Part shown: positions 13,303-24,615 of the stretch, in pieces
Position numbering within the stretch: position 1 is the first letter of the stretch
Layout of the letters: the number at the start of each line of letters is the position of its first letter
Source of the DNA: Zancudomyces culisetae HAW-14-8
Taxonomy: Eukaryota > Fungi > Kickxellomycota
Assembly: GCA_052426225.1 (NCBI GenBank)
Contig: JBNJNM010000011.1
Location: 3,038,001 to 3,102,000, forward strand
Length of the DNA: 64,000 bases
Direction of reading: 5' to 3'
The notes under the pieces: model-generated
Seen by the model: only the letters and a program-made list of their open reading frames with translations
What the model was told of the DNA's origin: nothing
Database searches by the model: none
Made by a program: the position numbers and the translations under genes

Positions 13303-14744
13303 CTTCCTCTTCTCAAGTCTTTAGTGACCTTCAATCTTCTCTAAAACTCGATACTTCTCATCCTGGTCGTTATTCTTACTCTTTAATTTCCATTTCTGAT
13401 CAACTCTATAATTCTAAACTTTCTCTCTCAAACAACAACGACAACAACAAACATTTATTAACTGTTTATCATACTGTCTATCCTTTACCAAAGGCTCATC
13501 TTTCCGTTCATTCTGATCATTCTTCTTCTTTCCAATCCGACAATAACATCCTCAAAATCTGTATTCCTCGTGGTCTTACTTCTTCCTTTGACAACAATAT
13601 GTGGCGTCGTCTCTATGCCACTTATTCTCCTCGTATCATTCTATCCTTTGAAAATCCTTCCTCTTTATCTCCTCCCTTTTCTGCTTGGATAAATGTACTA
13701 TCTAAACATTCTGCTGCTCCTAAAGTTGTTCGTTTTGATAATATCGTTCCTGATAAAGCTGGAAATTATATATTACCTACTTTTCATTTCCCCTCCTCAA
13801 CCTCCAACTCCAACTCCAACTCCAACTCCAACTCCAACACTGATTCTGATTCTGATTCTGATTCTCCTTTATTACCTTTAGAATCTGGTGCTTTTAAACT
13901 CTCTTTACTTAAAGTCTCTGATTCTCATTCATGTACTTATTCTTCTTCCTCTTCCGATCTTGCTCCCGTTCATGCTGGTATTGATCTTGAATTTATCGAA
14001 ACTCCTGATCTCATTCTATCCTCTGAAATGTCTGTTTCTCACCGCAACAACAACAAAAATAACAACAACAACAACAACCCTGACAACAACTCTGATAATG
14101 TCATACGTCATGTATGTGTTGGTGATGTCTTGGCCTTTGATCTACTAGGCAATATCCCCAACTGGTCTCTCTCTTACTCTTACAACTCTCGAAAGGTTTC
14201 CAAACACCTTTCCACTCCTTACTTTAAAAAACTACTTGATTCTCCTGGTCAATTTTCCATTTCCAGTCTATGTCATCATAACAAACTTGATCATTCCAAA
14301 TCTCTTGATAACAATCTTGTACTTAGCAACCCTAACCCTAACTCTAATTCTAACTCTAACCTCGATTGTTGCTCTGACATTACAAACCAAAACTACCATG
14401 TTCATCCAATCCCCAGTGCCAAAGTAAGTGGTGGAAAATACATTGTCGAGGATATTTTTGTAGGTGAACAAGCAAACATTACCATTTCCTTGCTGGGAAC
14501 TCCTCCTTTTACTTTTACTTGGCAACGCCGTGCCCTAGTTCCATCATCTGGGAACAGAATCAAAAACAAAAATAAAAATAAGAGTAATATGATGAATGAT
14601 GCTAGAGGTGGAAAAGTACTGGAAACTCATACTGTTACCAATCATAACAACCATACGTATTCCATAATTACCAAATCTGATGGTGTTTTTATTATTACTT
14701 TTGTACAAGATCGATTTTGTCATTATCCAAGACATTCATCTTGA
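9702..14744 (+). CDS. POM152: Nuclear pore membrane glycoprotein Pom152
   Basis: N-terminal PLIPLEKMDGVTQRMY motif, TM segments with KLRIPRVK, then ILGRHVVRFLEQSYAQMN. Repeated Ig-like modules of LxGxxPW/F type follow, ending GTPPFTFTWQR...VLETHTV...VQDRFCHYP. First ATG is at 9702. Confidence 0.9.
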
Positions 14745-15896
14745 ATCCCTTTTTTTTTTTTCTAAACTTTCTAAATTTTCTTTTATCATTAACAATATTT
14801 GTATATTTTTTTTTTCTTTTCCCGGAATATGAAATATCCTCAAATGTCATATCCCTCTTTTTAATTTGTTTTGTTTATTTCTTGTAAATTTGGTAATAAA
14901 TCAATATTTCATAATCAAGTAAAGAATCTCCTTTCCCCTCCCCACTTCTTCCCTCTCATGCTATTCTAATCGGAATAATCAGAAATCAAATTTTATATTT
15001 TTGATAAAAAAATTTTTAATTTTATTTCGGACTTGGTTTTTTAATTTCATTTCTTTTTTTAACAAAAATTTTCTACTACTAAATCTCAATACATTAATAT
15101 TTCAAATCCATATTAGATTTATAAATTACTAGTATTTATAATTCACTTTTAATACCATATATTACTAGCTTGAATACCATAAAACTTGTTGGTTATCATG
15201 TAATATTCTTCTCTTCTCTTCTCTTTTATTTTTTTTTTAGGTCATTATTACAAAATATATTATTTTTTTGTTTCATTTCTTTCCCTTTTTATTAATATTG
15301 TTGTCGTTTTTTATCGTTGTTGTTGTTGTACATTTTATAAATTCTAATGGGATAATAATAATATTCTTGTTGTTTTTGACAAAGTTTCAAAACCTTTTTT
15401 TTTTTTATCTTTTTTTTATTTTATAAACCTCGTATAATATCTATTATCTATCCCATCCTTTTTTGTTTTTGTTTTTGTTTTTATTTTTTCAATTCTACTC
15501 TACTCTATATTACACTCCACTTATACTCTACTATTCTATCGTATTGTATAGTTTTGTATTTTTTGTATTGTATAGTATAGTATAGTATAACTGATTTTTC
15601 ATTTTTCTCTTCAACTTGATCTTTTAATTTTAATTTTAGCTTTAGTTTTGCTTTTGATTATTTTAATTTTAATTTTTATTTTTGATCTGGCAAGTTTATT
15701 TTGTATTGTAGAATTTGAAAATAACAAACAAACTCCCCTCCCTCCCCTCAACACACACTACACAAATACATAACACACACACATACACACACACACACCA
15801 ACCCGTATCCATCCGAAAAAGTACAAGTATAATACAACTCGACTAGTGAAAAATAAAATAAAATAAAATAAAAAAGCAAAGTACGAAAAAAATAAA

Positions 15897-18800
15897 ATGT
15901 CATCAATATCCATAAAATTCTTGACATCATGTCTTATACTTTTAAACAATATATTACTAGTTGATTCAGCTTGGCATTGTGGAAGTTCACAACTAGATAA
16001 ACGACAGTTACAACAAGCACAGCACTTGCAAAGATCCTCAAACAACAACAACAGTAACTACAACAGCAACAACGATATTCAAGTCTCCGATGCAGAATAC
16101 GAACGATTAGTTTCACAATACCATTCTCAATTTACAACCAAGGCTATAGTATGGGCAGTGATTTTGTTTTTATACACAGTCTTTATCCTCGTCTCTGTAT
16201 ACTTTTATTTCCGTAAAACCAGGAAATTGCCAACATTTCGATTCGATTCAGCCCCACTCCTCCTACTTGTAGTTATCACTAGCTACATCCAAGTCATTTA
16301 CACTGTGTTCCAGGAAATCTTTATTGTCGTCTTTCCTTGCTACCTACGCCTTTGGATCGCTGTCCCCACTTTTGTCCTTTTCACTACTGCTTTGCTGTTC
16401 CGGCTCATTCGTTTTGCTCTCAAGGTCCGTAGCATGCATTACAAGAATGTCATTAGCGATATCTTTGCTATTTTGGAACATGATCCTAATGCCCGTACCC
16501 ACATAATCTCCACCTATTTTTTAAACGACCCCAATAACACAAAAACTACAAAAAACAACAGTAACAGTAACAGTAACAGTAATAATAATCGTCGTAACCC
16601 AAACTCAAATACTCAACATATACCTAATGATTCCAATTCCAACCTCAACTTTAATTTCAATTCGCCAACATCAAAGTCTCAACCTCAATCTCAATCTCAA
16701 TCTCGACCAGCATCACATCATCCTGTTGTTGCCCAATTCGACCAAATATCTTTTTTTTCAAGATTTTTCCGTTTCCTCACCGATAAACGAATTTGCTCTT
16801 CAACCGTCGAAAATGCCAAGGACGAGTTTATTTACCGTCTAAACACCACAAACAAATTGCTACGAATGATCAAAACTCGCAATTACTTGGTTGCCCTAGC
16901 CATCTATACTGTTATCATTATGGGAATTTCAATCATCCTGTTAAAAACCTCGGCTTATACATTTGGTGCCTCCAATTTCTTTTGCCCCCTCAAAATCGAC
17001 TGGAGCATCGTCCCCTTTATCGCCACCATCTTTATTACCGTCTTTTTATTGCTTCAGTTGGTCTACTCCTACCGCCACTTCCGTGATGCCTACGGAGTAT
17101 TTGCCGAAATGGTCGCCTCTCTCGTCATCATGGTTGTATTTTACTCATCCCAGATCGCCTATAACCACTACATCTCTTACAACGTTGCTTTGCTTATGAC
17201 CGGCCATGTGCTTACTCTGCCCATCTACTTTATTCAACATTACTTTATGGTCGTTGTACCTACCCTCAAGGCCTCCCAAATCGATCGCTTACGCTCTTCT
17301 TCAGAATCCTTTACAGCTATATCTACAGCTTACAATGATCCCAATTCCAATTCTAATCCCAACTTTGATTCCAATGCTACTCCCAAAGATCATGCCCAGT
17401 CTGGTACTTTTGGCTCTATTAAACATGTGTTTACATCTTTTCTTGCTCATCTTTTCTCTTCTGGTTCGAATTTCTCATCTTCAAAATCACAACCTACTCA
17501 AACGACTCTTTGTGGCTCAAAAGTTCAAGAGACCACGTCACCTTTACCAACAAACAAAAATATTCATCAAAATAAAACTGATACCTCTTTATTCAACAAA
17601 TCGAAATCCAATGCTAATCGTCACACTATTAGTAATACTAATAGTAATAATAATACTAGTACTACATTCAAAAACAATCCAAAAAAGGATAGGTACAAAT
17701 CATTTATCAATAACCAATTATCCAACAAATTCCCACACACATCGAAATCCAAAAGTAACAAACACAAAAGCAACTCCAACGCATTAACAAACTCTTCACG
17801 TAGAGAACAGTTTGAATCTCTATTAGCTTACCCAGCTGGAATAGTTCGACTGGAAAAGGCTGCTAATGAAACTTTTTGTCCCGAAAACGTTGTCTTTCTT
17901 AAGGACTACCAACTACTTAAATACAGAGTTTGTAGTATTATCATTGACCAAACTTCTAAACGTGAAAATGGTGATGAAAATGATGACGAATATGATGATG
18001 ATGATAGTGATAACAATAGTTATAGATGCAGTCGTAGTCATAACAGTAGTCGTAATAATAGTCGTAATAATAGCAATAATAATAGTAATAATAATAGTCA
18101 TACTGATATTGGTGAAAATACTAGCAATCTCGGAGGAAATATATCAACAATCCAAGCTGCCAATAGTAGCTTACCACTCAATTCCCTCGACTTAACAATT
18201 TCTACACCTCCTTTTATTTCCACTTCTTTACCCACCCCTTCACCAGCCCAAAATCAAACTACTTTTACTGGAATCACTAATACCAATACCAATACCACCA
18301 GCACTACCACTGCTACCAACACCAGTCCTAATCAAAAAGCACCCTCAAATCTACCTAAAAACAATACTAGTCAACAGCATGAGAAATCTGAATTGTACAA
18401 TGATAATAGCAATAGTAATAGTAGTAATATCAATAATAATGTTGACAGCCAACTCAAACATAAACATCAACAGCTTTTACTATCATCCCAAACTGCTGTT
18501 ACAAAAACCACCCCCACGACTGCTTTACCAGTCTTTCAAAAAAGAAATGAATTGGGTTTGCTCGTCTCTCCACTATCATCCATCATCTCATCAGCCGCAC
18601 CATCCGCACCATCCGCACCAGCATCCGTTTTTACCACAAACACCAGCGCCGCAGATGACGCACCTGATATTCCCGACTTTGAGGCTTTAATCGCTGGTGA
18701 TTTGGTCCATCCACTCCCACTCACCATTCCCGAAACTGTTTATCGCATGGGCCTCATGCTTGAGTTGTATATTCTCAATGAAGCCGACGGAATTTCTGAA

Positions 18801-19043
18801 AAACAATCTCCAAGACTCTCCCCTGTTCCAAAACTCCTGGTCCGTGAATACATTTCGTTTTATCGCAAGTTTATTATGCAGAACGCTCCGTTGGCCGTTA
18901 ATATTCCTATACGCACCATCAACCCCATTGTTGAGCGTATAGAGGCTGGTAAATTCACCCTTGGTATGTTTGATGATGCTTTTAAGGAAGTTTTGAATAA
19001 TTTGTACAACAATACATATTATGTCATGTTGAAGACTCTTTAA
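15897..19043 (+). CDS. Multi-pass (7TM-like) membrane protein with C-terminal split RGS domain (GprK/AtRGS1-like architecture)
   Basis: Signal peptide and about 7 hydrophobic segments with PCYLRLW and DAYGVFAE motifs. RGS halves FESLL...FCPENVVFLKDYQ and FYRKFIMQNAPLAVNIP...MFDDAFKEVLNNLYNNTY. Confidence 0.8.
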   Translation: MSSISIKFLTSCLILLNNILLVDSAWHCGSSQLDKRQLQQAQHLQRSSNNNNSNYNSNNDIQVSDAEYERLVSQYHSQFTTKAIVWAVILFLYTVFILVSVYFYFRKTRKLPTFRFDSAPLLLLVVITSYIQVIYTVFQEIFIVVFPCYLRLWIAVPTFVLFTTALLFRLIRFALKVRSMHYKNVISDIFAILEHDPNARTHIISTYFLNDPNNTKTTKNNSNSNSNSNNNRRNPNSNTQHIPNDSNSNLNFNFNSPTSKSQPQSQSQSRPASHHPVVAQFDQISFFSRFFRFLTDKRICSSTVENAKDEFIYRLNTTNKLLRMIKTRNYLVALAIYTVIIMGISIILLKTSAYTFGASNFFCPLKIDWSIVPFIATIFITVFLLLQLVYSYRHFRDAYGVFAEMVASLVIMVVFYSSQIAYNHYISYNVALLMTGHVLTLPIYFIQHYFMVVVPTLKASQIDRLRSSSESFTAISTAYNDPNSNSNPNFDSNATPKDHAQSGTFGSIKHVFTSFLAHLFSSGSNFSSSKSQPTQTTLCGSKVQETTSPLPTNKNIHQNKTDTSLFNKSKSNANRHTISNTNSNNNTSTTFKNNPKKDRYKSFINNQLSNKFPHTSKSKSNKHKSNSNALTNSSRREQFESLLAYPAGIVRLEKAANETFCPENVVFLKDYQLLKYRVCSIIIDQTSKRENGDENDDEYDDDDSDNNSYRCSRSHNSSRNNSRNNSNNNSNNNSHTDIGENTSNLGGNISTIQAANSSLPLNSLDLTISTPPFISTSLPTPSPAQNQTTFTGITNTNTNTTSTTTATNTSPNQKAPSNLPKNNTSQQHEKSELYNDNSNSNSSNINNNVDSQLKHKHQQLLLSSQTAVTKTTPTTALPVFQKRNELGLLVSPLSSIISSAAPSAPSAPASVFTTNTSAADDAPDIPDFEALIAGDLVHPLPLTIPETVYRMGLMLELYILNEADGISEKQSPRLSPVPKLLVREYISFYRKFIMQNAPLAVNIPIRTINPIVERIEAGKFTLGMFDDAFKEVLNNLYNNTYYVMLKTL

Positions 19044-19277
19044 TTTATTTATTTTTACTTTTACTTTTAATTTTACTTTTACTCTTACTTTTATTGATAT
19101 ACATTTATGATTTATTTTTACCTAGATTTTTATTTACACTAATCTCTTCACATTAACTCCTATTAGCGATCGAAAAAAATAAAGTAAAAAAAACAAACCT
19201 TCTCTCTCTCTCTATCTCTCCCCAATTGCTTTCTTTTTGCTAATGAATATTTTTAAAAATTTCGAATAAAATCTAGT

Positions 19278-21545
19278 TCACAACCTTTTCAACATTATAC
19301 TAAAAGTATTGATATACAACGAATTAAGTACTTCATCAAGTACCATATCAAACACACCCAATGTAAGCACTTGCTGTTCAAATGCCCGGGTAATCGGATC
19401 CACAAAACTAGCCGAAATGTTTATCGCCAGTACCGAATCCTGCATAATAAACTTTTTGTAAAACCGCAAATAATCATGCCGCAAAATGGTTGGCAGTGTT
19501 GTTTGACTGGGTGGTGTTGTTGACCGCTCAATAATTCCATCTTTACTCTCGTTGATAATGTATAGATCCAGCATCAACCCCATATGGTATACCGTCTCTG
19601 GAATGCTGAGTGGTAGTGGATGCACAATATCTCCACTTATGATCTCGTTTAATCCAAATCCGTAATCTTCATCTTGAAGCACTACGTCTATACTACATAT
19701 ATCTTTGTCTTGTATGTTTTCCGCACTGCTATTTACATCCTTGGTGTAATTAACACTCCTTGGACTTTCCTTGTTGCTGCTTTCTTGATTGCTACTATTA
19801 CTCTGAATATCATTCCTTCCTTCCTTCCCACTTACTCGCTCCTTCTCTCCCACCTCTATATGATTAGTGTCTTTTTTCTTATTTACATCTTTGTGACTAT
19901 TTGATAAATCTCTGGAAGTGGCACCTCTCCTGGCTCTTTTAAATAGCAAATAACTCCTACTTTTGTTTTTAAGTGCCATTCCTACACCTGCACCTACGCC
20001 TGCACCTGCACTTCTCTCCCCCTTTTCCTTAGCTTCCCTCTTTATCCGTTCACTTTTTTTGTTAATATCAGCGCTACTACTACTCTCAATAATATCACGT
20101 ATACTGTTGCTACCACTATTATAGTCGCTATCATCATCACTCTCCAGATCTTTATACAGCCTATCTGCTTCCTCTAATATCACACTACACACTCTGTACT
20201 TTAATAGCTGGTATTCTATCAAAAATTCAATGTTTTCCGGACAGAACGTTTGGTTGGCCGCCTCTCGAATCCGATGAATCCCCTCTGGGTATCCCAACAA
20301 ACTTTCAAACTGTTCACGGCGTGTTGATTTCTTGAAACTTTTCCTCTTTTGTACAGCTAGAAAAGTACCACCTGTTGCCGCCTTTTGATCTTGTCTTTTT
20401 TGCCACTCCTGTTCACGCTTTTCAACCACGTTTGTTATATATCCATTATTATACTCTTCCTCGTCGTCTTCAATATTATCCCTTCGCTTTATCCTCAGTA
20501 TTCTTCGTACATAATCCACTACCCTACTATTATTGCTGCCTCTAACTATCACCTTTTTAATTAATACTTTGATCCTGTAGATTGGCGGAATCGCCACCAA
20601 ATAATAATGCTGAATTATAATGAGCGGAATAAAAAACACGTTGGATGTCATCGCCTCTTTTGTCTCCATATCTACTGCCTTCATATACACCGTCATTGTC
20701 AATATAAATACTATCGATAAAACAGTTGTTACTATCACCTCCTTTCTGATTCCATACGCATCTTTAACTCTCAAACTCGTCATAACAACCGAAACTCTGA
20801 ATACCACCATCCCAAGTATAATACATTGATACACCAAATTCACAGTGTTTAGGCTCTGTAAACAATATCTTTTACCATTAATAATCGTATATAAATCAGA
20901 TCCAGGAATAAGCACTGACGCTAAAATCAAAATTGCTACCAAAAGTATCACTGCCACCACAAATATCGTATTGAGCTTTGCCATCAGGTATCTGTTGATG
21001 CTGATCCTATATCCAAGCTCCTCCTTGGCTTCGATTGTGCTTTTTGGGTACGGTTTGTTGACCAAGTACCTTAAAAATCGCCACCCATCCCCTTTTTTTG
21101 CTGTCGGAACCCTGCTGTAGAGCTTCCCGATATCTATATAGCTCACTTGCATAAATACCTTTGTACGCAACAAATCGTGTTTGTAATACATTGCTCTATA
21201 CGTCAGTATAAATGACAACTCTCTAAATAAAACCGAAACAAAGTATATAACCATTGTCGGGTAGTACACCCTCTCTGTCAAGTTACAATCTGAGTGTGGA
21301 TATAATATTTCGTTTACTATTGTATACACCAGTCCTACCAACCCCAATACTATTGTCACCGTTGTCATCAACTTTTTGTTTAGCCCATATTTCTTTTGGT
21401 TATCCGTATGTAAATAATAGTATACTGATGTTGAGAAATAAAATGACAAGAGAAGTATTGATACAATTATCCAGGCTATCAGTTTTGGCGTTTTTTTATG
21501 ATTATATACGCTTTCTATACTATCCCCATCCCTATTCATACCCAT
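19278..21545 (-). CDS. Second 7TM-RGS paralogue, convergent with the first
   Basis: Shares RREQFESLLxYPxGI, FCPEN, YQLLKYRVCS, GDxVHPLPLxIPETVYxMGLMLxLYI and FYxKFIMQ with the neighbour, plus DAYGIRKE. First ATG is at 21545. Confidence 0.8.
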   Translation of the reverse strand: MGMNRDGDSIESVYNHKKTPKLIAWIIVSILLLSFYFSTSVYYYLHTDNQKKYGLNKKLMTTVTIVLGLVGLVYTIVNEILYPHSDCNLTERVYYPTMVIYFVSVLFRELSFILTYRAMYYKHDLLRTKVFMQVSYIDIGKLYSRVPTAKKGDGWRFLRYLVNKPYPKSTIEAKEELGYRISINRYLMAKLNTIFVVAVILLVAILILASVLIPGSDLYTIINGKRYCLQSLNTVNLVYQCIILGMVVFRVSVVMTSLRVKDAYGIRKEVIVTTVLSIVFILTMTVYMKAVDMETKEAMTSNVFFIPLIIIQHYYLVAIPPIYRIKVLIKKVIVRGSNNSRVVDYVRRILRIKRRDNIEDDEEEYNNGYITNVVEKREQEWQKRQDQKAATGGTFLAVQKRKSFKKSTRREQFESLLGYPEGIHRIREAANQTFCPENIEFLIEYQLLKYRVCSVILEEADRLYKDLESDDDSDYNSGSNSIRDIIESSSSADINKKSERIKREAKEKGERSAGAGVGAGVGMALKNKSRSYLLFKRARRGATSRDLSNSHKDVNKKKDTNHIEVGEKERVSGKEGRNDIQSNSSNQESSNKESPRSVNYTKDVNSSAENIQDKDICSIDVVLQDEDYGFGLNEIISGDIVHPLPLSIPETVYHMGLMLDLYIINESKDGIIERSTTPPSQTTLPTILRHDYLRFYKKFIMQDSVLAINISASFVDPITRAFEQQVLTLGVFDMVLDEVLNSLYINTFSIMLKRL

Positions 21546-22586
21546 GTTGCAGATCAGTTTCACGTCGCTTTACCTATATGTTTGTTTCTAATATAACTGT
21601 ATTTCAATTCTTCTTCCTCCTTCTCTTTTTTTAATTTGTGTGTGTGCTTTTTAAAATTTTGTAAACAAAATACACTACTTGAGAACTGGGTCTTGTTTTA
21701 TGTCTATTTTTCAACTCTATTATGTGAATACCATTTCCATACTAATTTATATTATGTATTTACGTAGTATCACCTCCATCCTGATCACTTTCCCGTTATT
21801 TTTTTTTTGGATGTAATCCAGTATTTTTATCTTTTCATGTTTTCTCCATCCTTCCTCTTTTTAAAATAATAAACATCATTATCGTTTTTATTATGATCAA
21901 CCATCAGGCACATTTTTTTGTTTTTTTTAATTTATATATTTTTAATTTTGAATATTTAAAAAATAAATATCATCATTGACTACTATTCAAAAATTACCAA
22001 TCCAATAAACTTATAGGATGGGAAAATATAAATTCAAAAATAAAATAAATCGAAATAATAATAAACACATGTTGAAGTGCAAAAGGTAATTGTAATTGTA
22101 ACCTTAGACTTGAACTTTAGACTCGTGGCTACTTCAGAGTTGGGATATTGGTATTTGTATTACCATTGCTATTGGTACTGATACTGATACATCTACTGAT
22201 ACATCTACTGATATTGGTATTGGTGCTAGTATTTTACTAGTATAGACGCATATTTATAGATATAGCACCTTTTGATGTTTTCTCGAGTATCTACTATTCA
22301 CCTGCCTTGTACCAAAAACATATACGTTGCACATACATTCTGTTCATTCCACTTCTTTTTTTTTCCCTACTTTTTTTCTTTTTCTTATTTTGTAGTGTGT
22401 GTGACTAGTTTCACAAAATCCAAAAATATACTTATTAAAGCCTCTTTTTTTGTAAATATTCGACATTTTTAATACCTGCATTATTTAGTAATCATGATGT
22501 TCTTTTTAGCGAAATAAAATATCGAAATTATGGTTTAATACATCAAACGTACAAATCATGGAGTAAAGGACTTCAAAACATTTTTA

Positions 22587-22665
22587 TTTTTGGTTTGGTT
22601 TGTTTTGTTTTGGTTTGGTTTGTTTTGTTTTGTTTTGTTTTGTTTTGTTTTGTTTTGTTTTGTTT
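22587..22665. repeat. (GTTTT)n microsatellite
   Basis: Direct reading. Confidence 0.9.
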
Positions 22666-24615
22666 AGATATAACTTGATCTCATAGCCTCTATATTCACA
22701 AGTTGAATAGATACTACCTGACTTGAGTTTATAAACAAATGATCATGAGTTCAGCTATGTTTTAAACATTTACTGGTTTTTCTTTTATTATTACGTGTCA
22801 GGACAACCACCAAGTTTTTTATAAGAATGGCTCTGAAAAGCCTAGTAGCTACAAAACAGCTTTTTAAGTGAAAAGTTTTCCCAACAGGAGCTTTTCGAAA
22901 CCAGCCTCAGATATTTCCATAGTCATTTCACCACAGCGCTATATCATGTTTCATTATAAAACGTAACACCCCCGATCATCTTTCACCCCCCCCTCTTTTT
23001 CCCTACAATAAATAAAGTAGAAGTATCATACGTCTTTACAGAATAAATACAAGTGGTGGAGTGGAAATGACTAGAGCGCACGCTAATGTTTCCGCATATT
23101 CAACTTTTATCAGCTATACCCTGACTCATATTGTTATTATTTTCTTTCATGACATGTTTTGCTTAGTATTTTTTTTAATCTGAATTATATAATCAGTAAA
23201 GGTTCAACCAAGCTGCTTAAAGCATCCTAAATGATTTACACACTGAAACTACACCAATTAGTGCTAGTTGAAATAAATCGAAACTAAACTAATTAATCAC
23301 TTGCACCGTTTTTCAACTTGCTTTATTGAATGACTAGTCAAGTTGAAAATTGCCACTGAAAATCGCTCTTTTTTTCTCTCCCAAAACCAATACTATATAT
23401 CTATACTTTTTGGTTTAATTTTTTTTTTTGCTGAATAAGCAGATTTACATTATGGATTAACATTGAATATATATATATATTAAACAATTATAATACATAT
23501 TGAGGTATAAAAAAATAAACAGAATCACCTACCTCTATTCGCTAAAGCAAGCAAACTTATATAAAACTATATTTTTTAATACCAAAACCAAAGCCACTTC
23601 TCGTCCTCATCTCTCTCATTTCCAAGATAAATCTCTTTTATTGTTGATAAAAATTCGACTTTTCAAACTATACTTGGGTTTCAGATATTATTTCATTGCA
23701 CGAGTCCTTTAGAATTTAAATAAATATGCAAAGTGGTGGGCTTATTCATATTTGTTTTCTATCTTATTATCCTCACTCTTACAACCCTAGCTCGCTACAC
23801 AAATAGAAGAGAATTGGCACCAGGAGATAAATTCTTTTGCATATAAAAATGTTGTCAACTCGCTAGTAAACGTATAAATTGTGTCACTACACAAATCACA
23901 CAGTTCTTTGATTTCTATTTGCACCTTTCTTAATAAGAAAAGGTCAAGTATTGTGAGTGTATGTACTCCAATTTGTTGGCATTTAGCATATACTGTCTTT
24001 TGTGTACCTAATCAAAAATACCCATTTAATTGGCGAACCATCTTTAAATCAAACCAGTAGAACTATTTTGCCCTGCCTTGTTGGCAAGAAGAAAAGGAAT
24101 CCAATCTTACTCCTAGTCAACTTTATCAGTTTTTGATCAAAGGTCCCTTTTTTTTCTTTTATTTTTTTTTCTTTTCTCCTGCTCTTTAAACTGATTTGCG
24201 CAATAATTCGAAATCTTTTCTCCCTATCAATCAAAAAATGCAACTCAATTGGCTCCAAAGTTTATGTAAACCCTATTGGCAATAATGATTCACTAAACAG
24301 TTTAAAAAATTGCAAAATCACAAGAAAAGTTAAAAAAATACTACAAAACCAAATAAAGTTACATGGCCCACTAGCATTCTTAACAATAAATAAACACACT
24401 AATTGATCAAACGCCTCAGTAAAACTGAAAAGCTATAAATCTACCTTCTGAATCGACACAACGAGTCAAAGAAAGTATAGTTTTATCACCTGGAAATAAA
24501 AATTAGCAAAAGCTTAATTACAAATATTTCGAACAGCAGTTAGTAAAACATTTTGCCAAACTTCAAACCTCTTATTTACTTGGTCAAACTGATACAGTGA
24601 CAGTTAACTTTGAAA

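Noticed and set aside
21600-24600. Long intergenic stretches here and at 43.2-44.9, 46.9-48.2, 51.4-53.1 and 58.5-60.7 kb as ncRNA or tRNA loci
   Set aside because: No tRNA, snRNA or rRNA signature was recognisable by eye, and the short ORFs lack coding features. A covariance-model scan would be needed.
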